DNA of 64,000 nt from Candidatus Bathyarchaeota archaeon (GCA_963739305.1 CAVTZU010000010.1:32001-96000); one strand, 5' to 3'; counted from the stretch's first letter, positions 20,197-30,279 are shown. Translations and numbers: made by a program. The notes: generated by a model not told the origin, from the sequence alone.

Positions 20197-21498
20197 ATGA
20201 TGCGAACAGTAGAAATCTTGCTTGTAATCATAATCATAACGGGAGCTTTCCTAATCTCCAGCTTTTTCGCAGTTCTACCATCACCCCGACAAGTATCACC
20301 AATAAACCTTCAAAGACTTGCGTTAACAACGCTGCAGACATTAGATGTTGACCATGACCTCAGCAACACGGTTTTCAAACTCTCAAACGATTCATCTTGG
20401 AACGACCTCCAAATCGCGCTTTCAGCAACTCTTCCGCCAAACATAGTCTACAATCTGACCGTCTACGAAGTGCAAACAGGAACAACCCAGCTCTTCAACA
20501 TGACCAACTCGCTCTCAAACGCCGCAAGTCTCGGATTAAGCACAGGTTCCTCCTCATACCTCATCGCTTCTTCAAACGTGACCTTCAACTTCACTCCAGA
20601 AAAAGTCGGCGAACACGGAGGAGGAGGAACTTTGTACATTCTGAACTGCAGCGACGCTTACGGATGGTGGATAACCGGATACACTGCTCAAAAACTTGCA
20701 CAAGACCTCTACAACTTCCTTTCCCCGTACTTCCAAGCAACAATAATGGTGCAGAACACGACCCAACTGGGAATGATTCTAAACGGAACGGCAATATCGT
20801 CAGATCCAAATGAAATCGTACAAAACGCCGTAATCATAGATACTTGCGGAGAAGCAGTGCCAATACCTTCAGGATACTACGCGACTCAAGGGTCTCAAGA
20901 TTCCTATGCAAAGTACTGCTACATTCTTGGACAAAGAACTAGGCAATACAACTGGACTTGGTCGAGCATAGTGGGCTACCCCTTGTACTACGTGAGCAAC
21001 ACAGGTTTGTTCCCCAGCGACCAAAACACATGGGGCATCTACGGTATGAAACTCGTAGCAGCAGCAGGACTAAATGCATTCCTAGAGGGCCTCGACAACC
21101 AACCATACGTTTATAACGGAAACTGGATAACGGGGTCAATAGCTGGAAGTGTCTATCTCTCTTCTGAGGCCCAATACTACTGCAACTACTACGGCATCTA
21201 CCCTTCGTACTATCAGTCTTCAAGCCGTGCACTGCCAACGTCTATCCTCACAACATATCATCTGAACGTTCCAACCTACATCTTTGACCCATCGGGAGGC
21301 TATGTAGCGGGAGCTGTTTACGCGAATGTTAATTCAGGTGCTCTGATGGCGTTGGGGCTAACACGAAGCCCTGACATCAGAATAACAGCGCTTGGCCTTC
21401 TCCAGCACTTTAAGCCCAGACTTTATCGCTCCGACTACAGCGCGGTAGCGACTTCAAAACTGGTTGTTCTCCAGTTAGGACAGATGGGAGGAACCTAG
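20197..21498 (+). CDS. Minor pilin-like protein (no basic leader)
   Basis: MMRTVEILLVIIIITG with Glu at +5; LPPNIVYNLTVY; starts 1 nt after the upstream stop. Confidence 0.6.
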   Translation: MMRTVEILLVIIIITGAFLISSFFAVLPSPRQVSPINLQRLALTTLQTLDVDHDLSNTVFKLSNDSSWNDLQIALSATLPPNIVYNLTVYEVQTGTTQLFNMTNSLSNAASLGLSTGSSSYLIASSNVTFNFTPEKVGEHGGGGTLYILNCSDAYGWWITGYTAQKLAQDLYNFLSPYFQATIMVQNTTQLGMILNGTAISSDPNEIVQNAVIIDTCGEAVPIPSGYYATQGSQDSYAKYCYILGQRTRQYNWTWSSIVGYPLYYVSNTGLFPSDQNTWGIYGMKLVAAAGLNAFLEGLDNQPYVYNGNWITGSIAGSVYLSSEAQYYCNYYGIYPSYYQSSSRALPTSILTTYHLNVPTYIFDPSGGYVAGAVYANVNSGALMALGLTRSPDIRITALGLLQHFKPRLYRSDYSAVATSKLVVLQLGQMGGT

Positions 21499-21499
21499 C

Positions 21500-24274
21500 A
21501 TGAACAACCGCGGACAATTCTCAATCATTGCCGCTCTGCTTGTAGCAGTGGTGCTCATAGCAACTGTCGTGGCCACGTACTCGAGTATCCGCAACAGCAC
21601 ACTTCCCGAGCAACCCCCTATCCAGAGCGCCATAGACGAAACCAACTTAGCCGTGAAAGAGATCTTAGGTTTCACAGTTGGTTACTACGATTCGATTCTG
21701 AAGAGTACGGGAAACCAAACGTATGCACAGCAACTTGCTATAAACTATCTTGAAGGCGGACTAGAGTACACCGCAAACACACACCCAGATTGGGGAACAT
21801 CATTTAACGTTACAAACTCTCAGTTATTGACAGTCTGGTATTCAAGCGCCAGCTTTAGTTCCGGCAACCTCACAGTTAACTACAACCTGACAGGCCTCGG
21901 AATATACGGCATAACATACAACACCTTTTGCAGCCTGCAGGTGCAGGTTTTGCCGACCGTAAACGATGAAGCTTACGTCAGCGTCACGATGGACGGAAGT
22001 GAGCCCCTCGTGAACCTCGGTGGAAACAACTTCAACTTCTACCGCTACGAAACTGCCAGCTACGATTGGAACCTGATCAACCCAACCGGCAATCTCCTAT
22101 CGTATTCCAACGGAACTTATCAGATTGACATACCATCAGGGGTAGACGTCAACTCTTACCTGGTTCAAGTTGAGGATCAGAGAGGAATAATGGTTGTGGC
22201 ATCCTCTTTCAACACCTACACCTGCAGCTTGACATGGACCGCTCCTTCGAACATCACTGTGACACCGACACAGCATTATGTGGACAACAATAGTTCAGAC
22301 GTTGATTCTTCCCCCAACATAGGCATCCAAAGCAACTTCACGGCAATGCAAAGTGGACCAAACGGAGTAACGGACACGTTAACAGAAGGCATCACAACTG
22401 CAGCGGTTCCAGAGACATGGGTTTCACCGTTCCAATACGAAGGAAGTGGATGGTCAAACGCACCCTATGCTTATGACAAGAACAATCTCACAGCAGCTTC
22501 GGAATCGATCAGTAAGAACAAGTGGAGTGATTATCTGATCTTAGACACAAGCGCAGTGAGTTGCCACAAGATTAGTTATATAATTAACTGGGACCCGCAA
22601 ATCGATGAAATTCAGGTTTCAATCTACAACGGTGCATGGATAAATGTGTATGACGGCAACGGCGCTGGAATGAACAACGTGTGGACGAATCAGAGTTTCT
22701 CTGAAACCTCAGTGACAAAGATGGAATTCCGTTTCCATAACGGTGACAAAAGCGATGCTCATAACGCATATGTCTATGAAGCCCAATTCCTTCAAAGCGC
22801 TACACCCCAAAACTGTCGGTTGGACATAGAGGCCCAATGGACAAATGTCAACCTCACACAACCGAATCAATGGTTGTGCATTTACGGAGGAACAATGTCC
22901 GCAGAGGACATCAGAGTAGACGTGAGAAATGGTTCAACCTGGATAAACCTGTTCACCGACCTGGTCAGCGGATGGAACAACATCTCAGTCTCACAATACG
23001 TAAATTCCCCGACATTTACGATAAGATTCAAAGACGGCACTCAGACCTCAGACCCTGTTCAAGACAGTTGGCAGATAGACGCCGCGCTCCTCCAATCCGG
23101 AACAGCGACAATGGCGAGCGCTGGAACCAGCGACACTATCGTTGCTGAGCTGCTGCAGAACGGGGCAATACGATGGCTTGGACAAAACCTACAGCTCACC
23201 GTGCAGGCCAAACCTATTCCGCCGATACCGGTGAAATCGATCCACGTGAACGAAACCATAGCTAACATAACCTCTGAGGTGCCATTCCAAATTGAAGACT
23301 GGGCTTCGGCGTATACAATACCAATGGGGCTCACGAACAATGCGAGCGTTTTCAGTGGGACAAACATGATTGTCTTCCTCGCCAATTCAAATGTTCAACA
23401 AGTCACGATTTGGTGGAATGGAAGCGACACAGCTATTCAGACACCTAACGCATATACGGACAAATACTTCACCGGCGACAATATCGCTAACGGTTTCTTG
23501 ACGAATGGCATTCTCAGCCTAAGCATAGATGGTTCTTTCAGAGTTACATCAACACAAAACAGTGCGACTGCTACAGCAACGTTTATGCGAATCAATGGGC
23601 AAGCCAGCACGTACGGATCAATTCCGACTTACTCAATCTACCACGGCATAGTCAGGGACATCGTCCATCAAGAAGCAGAATGGAGCAACGGAGCACCCAA
23701 CTGTCCAAACCTGTACGCACACATAGTCTTGACGTTACCCGCAAACGCAACCTACTACACGTACCAGCTAAGACTGATGTTCGAAAACTCACCGCAGACC
23801 AGAAGCATAACAGATCTCTGTCCCTTAAGTCTAGCAACCTCTATAGGAGGACCTGAAACAGAGGATGGAGTCTTGGCTGGGAACCCGAACCCATCGAACT
23901 CAACAGGCTTGTACTACAATCAATCCGCGTCTAATTGGGCACACCACTGGAGCCAATTCATCCAAGGAACAAAGGGCGCGGGAATCATGTTCACAGACAA
24001 CGCCAATCAAGAACTCTATGTCTTTGATAACATCGCCGGCAACTCGACGGGAGCAATCAAAGTTTCTAACTCCTCGAGCAACGTGATTGAACTTCAACCT
24101 GTGTCGAATCTGAAATCGGCCAGCTTCACTTATCCGTTGGACGTAATTTGGTACGGTGCAGTAGCAACGTTTGACGGGAAAACTCCGATTTATGAACAGG
24201 TAAGTGGCGTCAGCACAGGCTTGTGGTTGCTTGTCGAGTATCCGCCAACGGTTACGATTACAACAGGAAACTAG
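21500..24274 (+). CDS. Large (924 aa) minor pilin/adhesin with class III signal peptide
   Basis: MNNRG|QFSIIAALLVAVVL; long beta-rich extracellular body with many N-x-S/T sequons; GGAGG SD. Confidence 0.75.
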   Translation: MNNRGQFSIIAALLVAVVLIATVVATYSSIRNSTLPEQPPIQSAIDETNLAVKEILGFTVGYYDSILKSTGNQTYAQQLAINYLEGGLEYTANTHPDWGTSFNVTNSQLLTVWYSSASFSSGNLTVNYNLTGLGIYGITYNTFCSLQVQVLPTVNDEAYVSVTMDGSEPLVNLGGNNFNFYRYETASYDWNLINPTGNLLSYSNGTYQIDIPSGVDVNSYLVQVEDQRGIMVVASSFNTYTCSLTWTAPSNITVTPTQHYVDNNSSDVDSSPNIGIQSNFTAMQSGPNGVTDTLTEGITTAAVPETWVSPFQYEGSGWSNAPYAYDKNNLTAASESISKNKWSDYLILDTSAVSCHKISYIINWDPQIDEIQVSIYNGAWINVYDGNGAGMNNVWTNQSFSETSVTKMEFRFHNGDKSDAHNAYVYEAQFLQSATPQNCRLDIEAQWTNVNLTQPNQWLCIYGGTMSAEDIRVDVRNGSTWINLFTDLVSGWNNISVSQYVNSPTFTIRFKDGTQTSDPVQDSWQIDAALLQSGTATMASAGTSDTIVAELLQNGAIRWLGQNLQLTVQAKPIPPIPVKSIHVNETIANITSEVPFQIEDWASAYTIPMGLTNNASVFSGTNMIVFLANSNVQQVTIWWNGSDTAIQTPNAYTDKYFTGDNIANGFLTNGILSLSIDGSFRVTSTQNSATATATFMRINGQASTYGSIPTYSIYHGIVRDIVHQEAEWSNGAPNCPNLYAHIVLTLPANATYYTYQLRLMFENSPQTRSITDLCPLSLATSIGGPETEDGVLAGNPNPSNSTGLYYNQSASNWAHHWSQFIQGTKGAGIMFTDNANQELYVFDNIAGNSTGAIKVSNSSSNVIELQPVSNLKSASFTYPLDVIWYGAVATFDGKTPIYEQVSGVSTGLWLLVEYPPTVTITTGN

Positions 24275-24335
24275 TTGGTGCCCAACATGGTTGAATTGAT
24301 TGCTCAGGTTACTTATGATCTGAATTTCAGGTTCA

Positions 24336-24350
24336 CACAGGTTAAATATA
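24336..24350 (+). promoter_or_regulatory. Putative internal TATA promoter of the major pilin gene
   Basis: TTAAATATA about 40 nt upstream of TTG 24391, with an AAGGTGA SD in between. Confidence 0.5.
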
Positions 24351-24390
24351 CAATCGCAAGATTTCATAGACAAAAGAAAGGTGAGAATAC

Positions 24391-24828
24391 TTGATAACCA
24401 AAACGGGAAAATCAAGAAAGGCCATATCCCCAATACTCGCAACTCTCTTATTGGTCGTCATAGCCGTTGCTGCAATCGTCGTGACCTATGCTTGGATTAT
24501 GACTTATATGAACAACGCCGGGCAACAGGCAGGCGTCATGCTCTACAAAGCAAACGTGAACTTCTACAACGCTAGCGGCACCAAGAGAATCGACGTTGAC
24601 ATAGGCAACTCAGGAACCTCAGACACCACGCTAACGAAATTCTACATCGGACTCTCGACCTCGAATCTCGAGAACCAGACAATTGCCCCTCAATCACTCG
24701 TGCACGGCGGAACAGCAACGATAACGATTGACTATAACTGGACAACAGGAACGACATACTACTTCAAAGTGATTTCCGACAAAGGACAGACAATCGATTG
24801 GCCACAACAAGCACCGTCTACAGCATAG
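24391..24828 (+). CDS. Major archaeal type IV pilin (archaellin/pilin N-terminal domain)
   Basis: KSRKA|ISPILATLLLVVIAVAAIVVTYAW; small beta-sandwich with IGNSG and YYFKV; sequons NAS, NQT and NWT. Confidence 0.9.
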   Translation: MITKTGKSRKAISPILATLLLVVIAVAAIVVTYAWIMTYMNNAGQQAGVMLYKANVNFYNASGTKRIDVDIGNSGTSDTTLTKFYIGLSTSNLENQTIAPQSLVHGGTATITIDYNWTTGTTYYFKVISDKGQTIDWPQQAPSTA

Positions 24829-24937
24829 CGACATGATTCAAAGTATCGAAGGCTTCGGATGGAAGCCAACCTTCATCTTCTGAAAGAAGTCAAAAACTAA
24901 ATAAACAAACAGTGACTCACGCATAGCATCTTGAAAG

Positions 24938-25753
24938 GTGCCCGGTTTGCTATCTTTCGACGCTGCAAGAACTGGCCTAGTCGTTCTTTTTTTCCTGTAC
25001 TCTGCGTGGAGCGACTACAAATCTCGCGAAGTCAGCGACAAAGTCTGGATAGTTCTCGCCCCGCTTTCGTTAGGGCTAACACTCGCAGAGTTCACTTTGT
25101 ACGAACCATCCCAACTTGTCTCCTATGGCATATGCTTCGGGTTGACTTCAGTTTTTGCAATTATCCTCTTCTACACGGGAGGATTCGGAGGAGCAGACGC
25201 CAAAGCTCTCATGTGCCTCGCGTTAGCTTTGCCCTTCTACCCTGAACAACTCCTCACTCCCGTGGCGGGCCCACCTTCGCCGATTTCAACGAGCTTTTTC
25301 CCAATAACGGTCTTCAGCAACTCCGTGCTTTTCGCAGCCTTCAGCGCCGTTGCATTGCTCGGCTACAACGTGATTCAGCGCATGAAAACAAAAGAACCAT
25401 TCTTTGAAGGAGATCTCGGAAGCGAATCTCTCGGAAAGAAAATCACCGTCATGATAACAGGCTACAAAGCTTCATACCTTAAGCTGAAGGAAAAATGGCA
25501 CATTTACCCGATGGAAGACGTGGAAGAAACCTCAGATAAAGCGTTCAAAAGAAAACTGGTTATCCTTCCAAGGGATGAAGGCCGAGAGAAAATAGTGGAA
25601 AGACTAGGCACGGCTATGAGCGCGGGCATAATCAAAGACAAAGTTTGGGCAACTCCAGGCTTGCCGATGCTAATATTCGTGACTGCGGGACTAATCGTCG
25701 CCCTGTTTTTCGGAGACATCGTCTGGATCTGTGTACGTCTCCTTCTCAGGTGA
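24938..25753 (+). CDS. Prepilin/prearchaellin peptidase (A24, PibD/ArlK-like); start may be TTG 24947
   Basis: First Asp in WSDYKSREV, GxGD-type GFGGADAKAL, and A24 C-terminal VWATPGLPM. Confidence 0.9.
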   Translation: MPGLLSFDAARTGLVVLFFLYSAWSDYKSREVSDKVWIVLAPLSLGLTLAEFTLYEPSQLVSYGICFGLTSVFAIILFYTGGFGGADAKALMCLALALPFYPEQLLTPVAGPPSPISTSFFPITVFSNSVLFAAFSAVALLGYNVIQRMKTKEPFFEGDLGSESLGKKITVMITGYKASYLKLKEKWHIYPMEDVEETSDKAFKRKLVILPRDEGREKIVERLGTAMSAGIIKDKVWATPGLPMLIFVTAGLIVALFFGDIVWICVRLLLR

Positions 25754-25822
25754 AGTCGCCTACTTTTTAAAGGTGCAAATCCTTGATCAATAAGCAACTC
25801 ACTGCAGAAACGATGTGAAAAA

Positions 25823-27179
25823 TTGCCTAAACTCTTCGGAAGCTCAGGAGTTCGCGGTCTGGTAAACGTGGACCTCACCCCAACTTTCGCATCGCGAATA
25901 GGCGCAGCAATCGCGACACAATCTAAAGCCAAGAGAGCGCTGGTGGCGCGGGACACGAGAACCTCAGGTCTCATGCTTGAAAACGCTTTGACCTCAGGGC
26001 TGATGGCAAGCGGAGTAGAATGTGACTCACATGGGAATAGTCCCGACTCCCGTGCTAGCTTTTATGACGAGAAAAATGAACGCAGACGTAGGCGTAATGA
26101 TCACTGCTTCACACAATCCGCCGCGGTACAACGGAATCAAAATCTTCAACTCGGACGGCATGTCGTACACAGAAAAGGATGAGAAAAAAATTGAAAGAAC
26201 CCTCACTCGCAGACGATTTAGTCTTGCAGACTGGCAGAACATCGGCGAAACCAAACGATCAGAAGACTCGCTGGCCTACCTAGAGGAGATAGAACGAGCT
26301 GTCAAACTCTACCGAAAATGGAACATAGTTGTTGATCCAGGTTGCGGAGCCACTTTTGATATTGCGCCAAGACTTCTTAAGAACTTGGGCTGCAGAGTGA
26401 TTCCACTCAACGCTCAACCAGACGGTTTCTTTCCGGCCAGAAGTCCCGAGCCTAATGAACACTCCCTGAAATCACTTGCCGCGACGGTTGAAACTATCGG
26501 TGCAGACCTGGGCATTGCTTACGACGGAGACGGGGATCGAGTGGCGTTCATAGATGAAAAAGGCAGGGTCGTAGACTTCGATCGTGTCTTAGCGGCGTAC
26601 GCGGCCTATGTAGCCAAAAAAAACGACGGTGGACTCGTAGTGACAAATGTGGAGGCCTCAATGTGCATAGAGAAAATGGTGCAGCGACACGGCGCGAAGG
26701 TGATGAGAACGAAAGTTGGAGACGTGTATTTGTCAGAAGCAATGAAAAAGAACAATGCAATTTTTGGAGGAGAACCCTGCGGAGCCTGGATACATCCACA
26801 ATTCCATTATTGCCCAGACGGCATTCTATCTTCAGCCCTGCTTCTCAAAGCTCTTGAAGACGAAAACAGAAAACTGACAGAGATGATCGCGGAGACACCA
26901 AAATACCAGACCTTGAGAAGAAACGTAGCTTGCCCAAATGAAGCAAAGTACGAGATTGTAAAGAGTTTCAGTGAAAACTTTAGGAACGTTTTTCCACATG
27001 CGAACACTGTTTCAAAGGTTGACGGCATTCGAATATCGTTTGAAGACGGATGGATTCTAATCAGGGCATCCGGAACAGAACCTTTGGTCAGACTTACAGT
27101 TGAGGGTGAATCGTTAAAAACAGCAAAGAACATAATGAAAAAGGGTCTAATGCTAATCAAGAAATCGCTGGAAAAGTGA
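25823..27179 (+). CDS. glmM: Phosphoglucosamine mutase / phosphohexomutase (+1 indel at ~26021)
   Basis: LFGSSGVRG and ARDTRTSG, then (after removing one base) GIVPTP, ITASHNP phospho-Ser, DGDGDR, GGE and IRASGTEP; about 451 aa when joined. Confidence 0.85.
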
Positions 27180-27185
27180 AATGAA

Positions 27186-28454
27186 TTGAAAGCAGCAGTT
27201 CTCGCCGCCGGAGAGGGAGTACGACTCCAACCACTAACAGCGACCAGGCCAAAACACCTGATCAAGGTCGGTGGAAAACCAATACTTGAACACTGCCTCA
27301 ACACGTTGAAAGCTGCCGGAGTGAAGGAAGTTGTCATCGTTGTCAACTACATGGCAGACTCGATACGAACGTATTTTGGCGATGGAAAAAAGTACGGTAT
27401 TGAGATCCAGTACGTTGAACAGAAAGGCGTGCTGGGAACAGGCAACGCTGTGAGTGTTGTTGAACCCTTCATGCCAAAGGACTTTGTCGTCGTCAACGGA
27501 GACATGCTTTTCGATGCGGAAGCCGTGAAAACGGTCATTGAATCGCATCAGAAGGAGACGCCGTCCGCCACTCTTGCCGTTGTTCCCGTCGAAAAACCAG
27601 AAAACTACGGCATCGTCGAGCTTGATGGTAACAAGGTGAAGAGAATAGTTGAGAAACCCCTGCCCAACCAGGCCCCAACCAACCTTGCAAACGCAGGCAT
27701 CTACGTGTTTTCCCCAGAAATCTTTGGGAAGATTAACCAGACATCACCGTCATCCAGGGGTGAATGGGAAATACCGGATGCACTGACGCTTCTGATTGGC
27801 GAAAACAGACTGGTGACAGCCGTCAAGCTCGATTCCAAACAGTGGCTTGACATAGGAAGACCGTGGGACTTGCTTGAGGCAAATCGATGGGTGCTGACCA
27901 GAATCAGGCACCGAATAAGCGGGTTAATTGAAAACGGAGCACACCTGCTTGGACCAGTGACCGTTGCAGAGACGGCAAAAGTGCGCTCAGGAGCTTACGT
28001 TGAAGGCCCAGCCTACATTGATGAAGAAAGCGACATCGGCCCGAACTGCTACGTTCGCCCTTACACGAGTATCGGAAGAAAAGTCAGGATTGGAAACGCC
28101 TGCGAAATCAAGAACAGCATAGTTATGGATAATTGCCACATCGGTCATCTTTCCTACGTTGGCGACAGCATAATCGGGGAAAATTGCAACTTCGGAGCAG
28201 GCACCATAACGGCCAACTACAGGCTTGATGCCAAAGAAGTCAAGATGATGATCAAAGACAAAGTGGTAGAGACTGGAAGAAAAAAACTCGGCGTCATAAT
28301 GGGTGACGGCGTCAAGACTGGAATCAATGCACTTTTCATGCCTGGCGTCAAAGTCGGAAATGACAGTTGGATAGGCCCGAATGTCTTGGTTCAACGAGAC
28401 TTGCCACGCAAAAGTGTTGTTCTGCTGAAGCAAGACTTGAAGCAAGAAATCTGA
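27186..28454 (+). CDS. glmU: Bifunctional sugar-1-phosphate nucleotidylyltransferase/acetyltransferase (archaeal GlmU)
   Basis: LAAGEGVRLQPLTATRPK, IVEKP, WLDIGRPWDLL, hexapeptide repeats, HLSYVGDSIIG and GAGTITAN. Confidence 0.9.
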   Translation: MKAAVLAAGEGVRLQPLTATRPKHLIKVGGKPILEHCLNTLKAAGVKEVVIVVNYMADSIRTYFGDGKKYGIEIQYVEQKGVLGTGNAVSVVEPFMPKDFVVVNGDMLFDAEAVKTVIESHQKETPSATLAVVPVEKPENYGIVELDGNKVKRIVEKPLPNQAPTNLANAGIYVFSPEIFGKINQTSPSSRGEWEIPDALTLLIGENRLVTAVKLDSKQWLDIGRPWDLLEANRWVLTRIRHRISGLIENGAHLLGPVTVAETAKVRSGAYVEGPAYIDEESDIGPNCYVRPYTSIGRKVRIGNACEIKNSIVMDNCHIGHLSYVGDSIIGENCNFGAGTITANYRLDAKEVKMMIKDKVVETGRKKLGVIMGDGVKTGINALFMPGVKVGNDSWIGPNVLVQRDLPRKSVVLLKQDLKQEI

Positions 28455-28522
28455 GTTGTTGTGGAAATCTTCCGAAAACGATAAAAAGTCAGGACGCTGT
28501 TTCATTTGCAAGACGAAGGCCT

Positions 28523-29023
28523 ATGAAAGAAGAAAAAATGACGAAGCTCATACGGGAGCTGCTTCGGGATTCGAGAAGAAGCGACAGAGAGCTTGCAAGA
28601 GCAATTGGGGCTTCTCAACCAACCGTGACAAGAAACAGGAAACTGCTTGCTAACTACATCAGAAGTTACACGATTGTGCCCGAATTCGAAAAAGTTGGTT
28701 ATGAAATCTTTGCCATCACTTTTGCTAAGGCTAAGACATACGAACGAGGGAAGGTTGATCAGAAACTGAATGTAGCAACGAAATGGGTTATGAACCACCC
28801 GAACATCTTCTTCGCTTCTGATGGAGAAGGTCTTGGGAAGGACGCGGTCATCGTTTCCGTCCATAAAAACTATTCCAAATATGCGGATTTCATGAGGGAT
28901 TACACGGTGACCTTCGCAGACTTCATAACCGACGTTCAATCGTTCGTGGTCAGCCTGAAAACAGGAATAGTGATGAAACCGTTTGACATCAAGTACATTG
29001 CTGAAGACGTAGAGATCACCTGA
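28523..29023 (+). CDS. Lrp/AsnC-family transcriptional regulator
   Basis: N-terminal HTH DSRRSDRELARAIGASQPTVTR, then YTIVPEFEKVGY linker and RAM-like domain. Confidence 0.85.
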   Translation: MKEEKMTKLIRELLRDSRRSDRELARAIGASQPTVTRNRKLLANYIRSYTIVPEFEKVGYEIFAITFAKAKTYERGKVDQKLNVATKWVMNHPNIFFASDGEGLGKDAVIVSVHKNYSKYADFMRDYTVTFADFITDVQSFVVSLKTGIVMKPFDIKYIAEDVEIT

Positions 29024-29101
29024 GCCACTTCAGAATTGCTGCTCCCTTAAAGTCCTAAATAGTTGTTTTGCTGATTCATAATCAGAAATGGAGGTTTCGA
29101 A

Positions 29102-29530
29102 GTGTCAGTGGCTCAAAGGAAATACTTCACAGAAATATCAGCACTAGCAGACAAGAACGTCAACGTCGTTACTTCGAATGGCAAAAGGTTCAGAGGCGTT
29201 TTGATCGGTATTAATCCCGACAATTTGAGCTTGTGCCTTTCAGATGCCAAGGACGAGGAAGGAAAAGTCATGCATAGGATTTTCCTCAACGGAAGCACTG
29301 TGACCCAAATATTCACAGTTGAAAAGCCTTTCGACCTGAAGGCATTAGCTGAACGCCTTGAAAAGGTGTTTCCAACAATGGTCAGGCTTTATGACGACAA
29401 AGGCTTCATTTGGGTAATGGATAAAGTCAAAATTACCGAAAAAGGCGTCGTCGAAGGCTCGGGTCCCGCAGCTGAACGAGTGCAAAAAGTCTACGAACAA
29501 TTCATGGGTGAAGTCAAGGGCAAGACCTAA
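29102..29530 (+). CDS. Sm-like archaeal protein with C-terminal extension (SmAP3/Lsm_C type)
   Basis: Sm1/Sm2-like VNVVTSNGKRFRGVL...LSLCLSDA...IFLNG plus a C-terminal domain ending GSGPAAERV; GGAGG SD. Confidence 0.85.
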   Translation: MSVAQRKYFTEISALADKNVNVVTSNGKRFRGVLIGINPDNLSLCLSDAKDEEGKVMHRIFLNGSTVTQIFTVEKPFDLKALAERLEKVFPTMVRLYDDKGFIWVMDKVKITEKGVVEGSGPAAERVQKVYEQFMGEVKGKT

Positions 29531-30279
29531 ATAAACCAACGAAACTGCTGTTCTTCCCTCTTCTTTTCTTCTCCGACATTCCTTATCAGGCCGAAAGACT
29601 CCAAAATCTTCTTGGTTTCTTCCGCAGCCAAATTCAACCTTGACAGGTCGGTGTCAACGTTTACCGACTTTTTCAGAACCGACAGCGCTGCCCGAGTCGC
29701 TTCCACATCGGGATAAGTTCCCAAAGTGTCCACAAGTAAAGAGAAACTCTTCATTCCCCTAAGCCTCGCCAACCCGACCATGATTCCTGCTATTCCAAAG
29801 ACCTGCCCAACCATTATCTTCGTCCCCAATTCCAACAGCTTCTGGAGAGTTTCATGGTCAGAAGCTGCACAGTAGACCTGAGGGGGGGTCTTGACTTCCT
29901 CCTGCCTGAAACCGCCCAAGGTTATGACGTGCTTGCACTCCAGGTCTCTTGCGATGTCCAGAACGCGACCGCAAAGTTCGTACTGTCCTCCCGTGGTCAG
30001 AGCCTGGGTGTTTCCGTACCATATGACTATATCGCGTTCACCTTTTTTGTCGATGCCATAGTAGAGCTCGTTTATCGGTGAGAGAGTTCTTCCCCCTGCG
30101 GTCGTGACTGCCAAATCTTGAAAAGCCGAAGAATGAATCTCGGCGAAACGCGTGGCCTGAAACTCATTTATTAGATGAAGAGCTGCAATATTGGCCACAA
30201 ACCCTATGCCTGGTAAACCCTCGATTAACAACGGGTTCTTGAGCTTGGGCTTTTCAAACATCTCGACCAGGCAAACCAT
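29527..30279 (-). CDS. PAC2-family proteasome assembly chaperone
   Basis: LIEGLPGIGFVA, ITLGG, G.AG..VG and YPD.EA motifs. Confidence 0.85.
   Translation of the reverse strand: MVCLVEMFEKPKLKNPLLIEGLPGIGFVANIAALHLINEFQATRFAEIHSSAFQDLAVTTAGGRTLSPINELYYGIDKKGERDIVIWYGNTQALTTGGQYELCGRVLDIARDLECKHVITLGGFRQEEVKTPPQVYCAASDHETLQKLLELGTKIMVGQVFGIAGIMVGLARLRGMKSFSLLVDTLGTYPDVEATRAALSVLKKSVNVDTDLSRLNLAAEETKKILESFGLIRNVGEEKKREEQQFRWFI

Noticed and set aside
14305-25753. Archaellum (motility) operon
   Set aside because: No ArlH, ArlF/G, ArlCDE/X or chemotaxis genes; the subunits look like pilins rather than archaellins.
26010-26030. Programmed ribosomal frameshift in glmM
   Set aside because: No slippery heptamer or obvious stimulatory structure; one of several similar indels in the window.
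28367-28522. N-terminal extension of the Lrp ORF
   Set aside because: Overlaps the glmU 3' end; the HTH begins just after ATG 28523.
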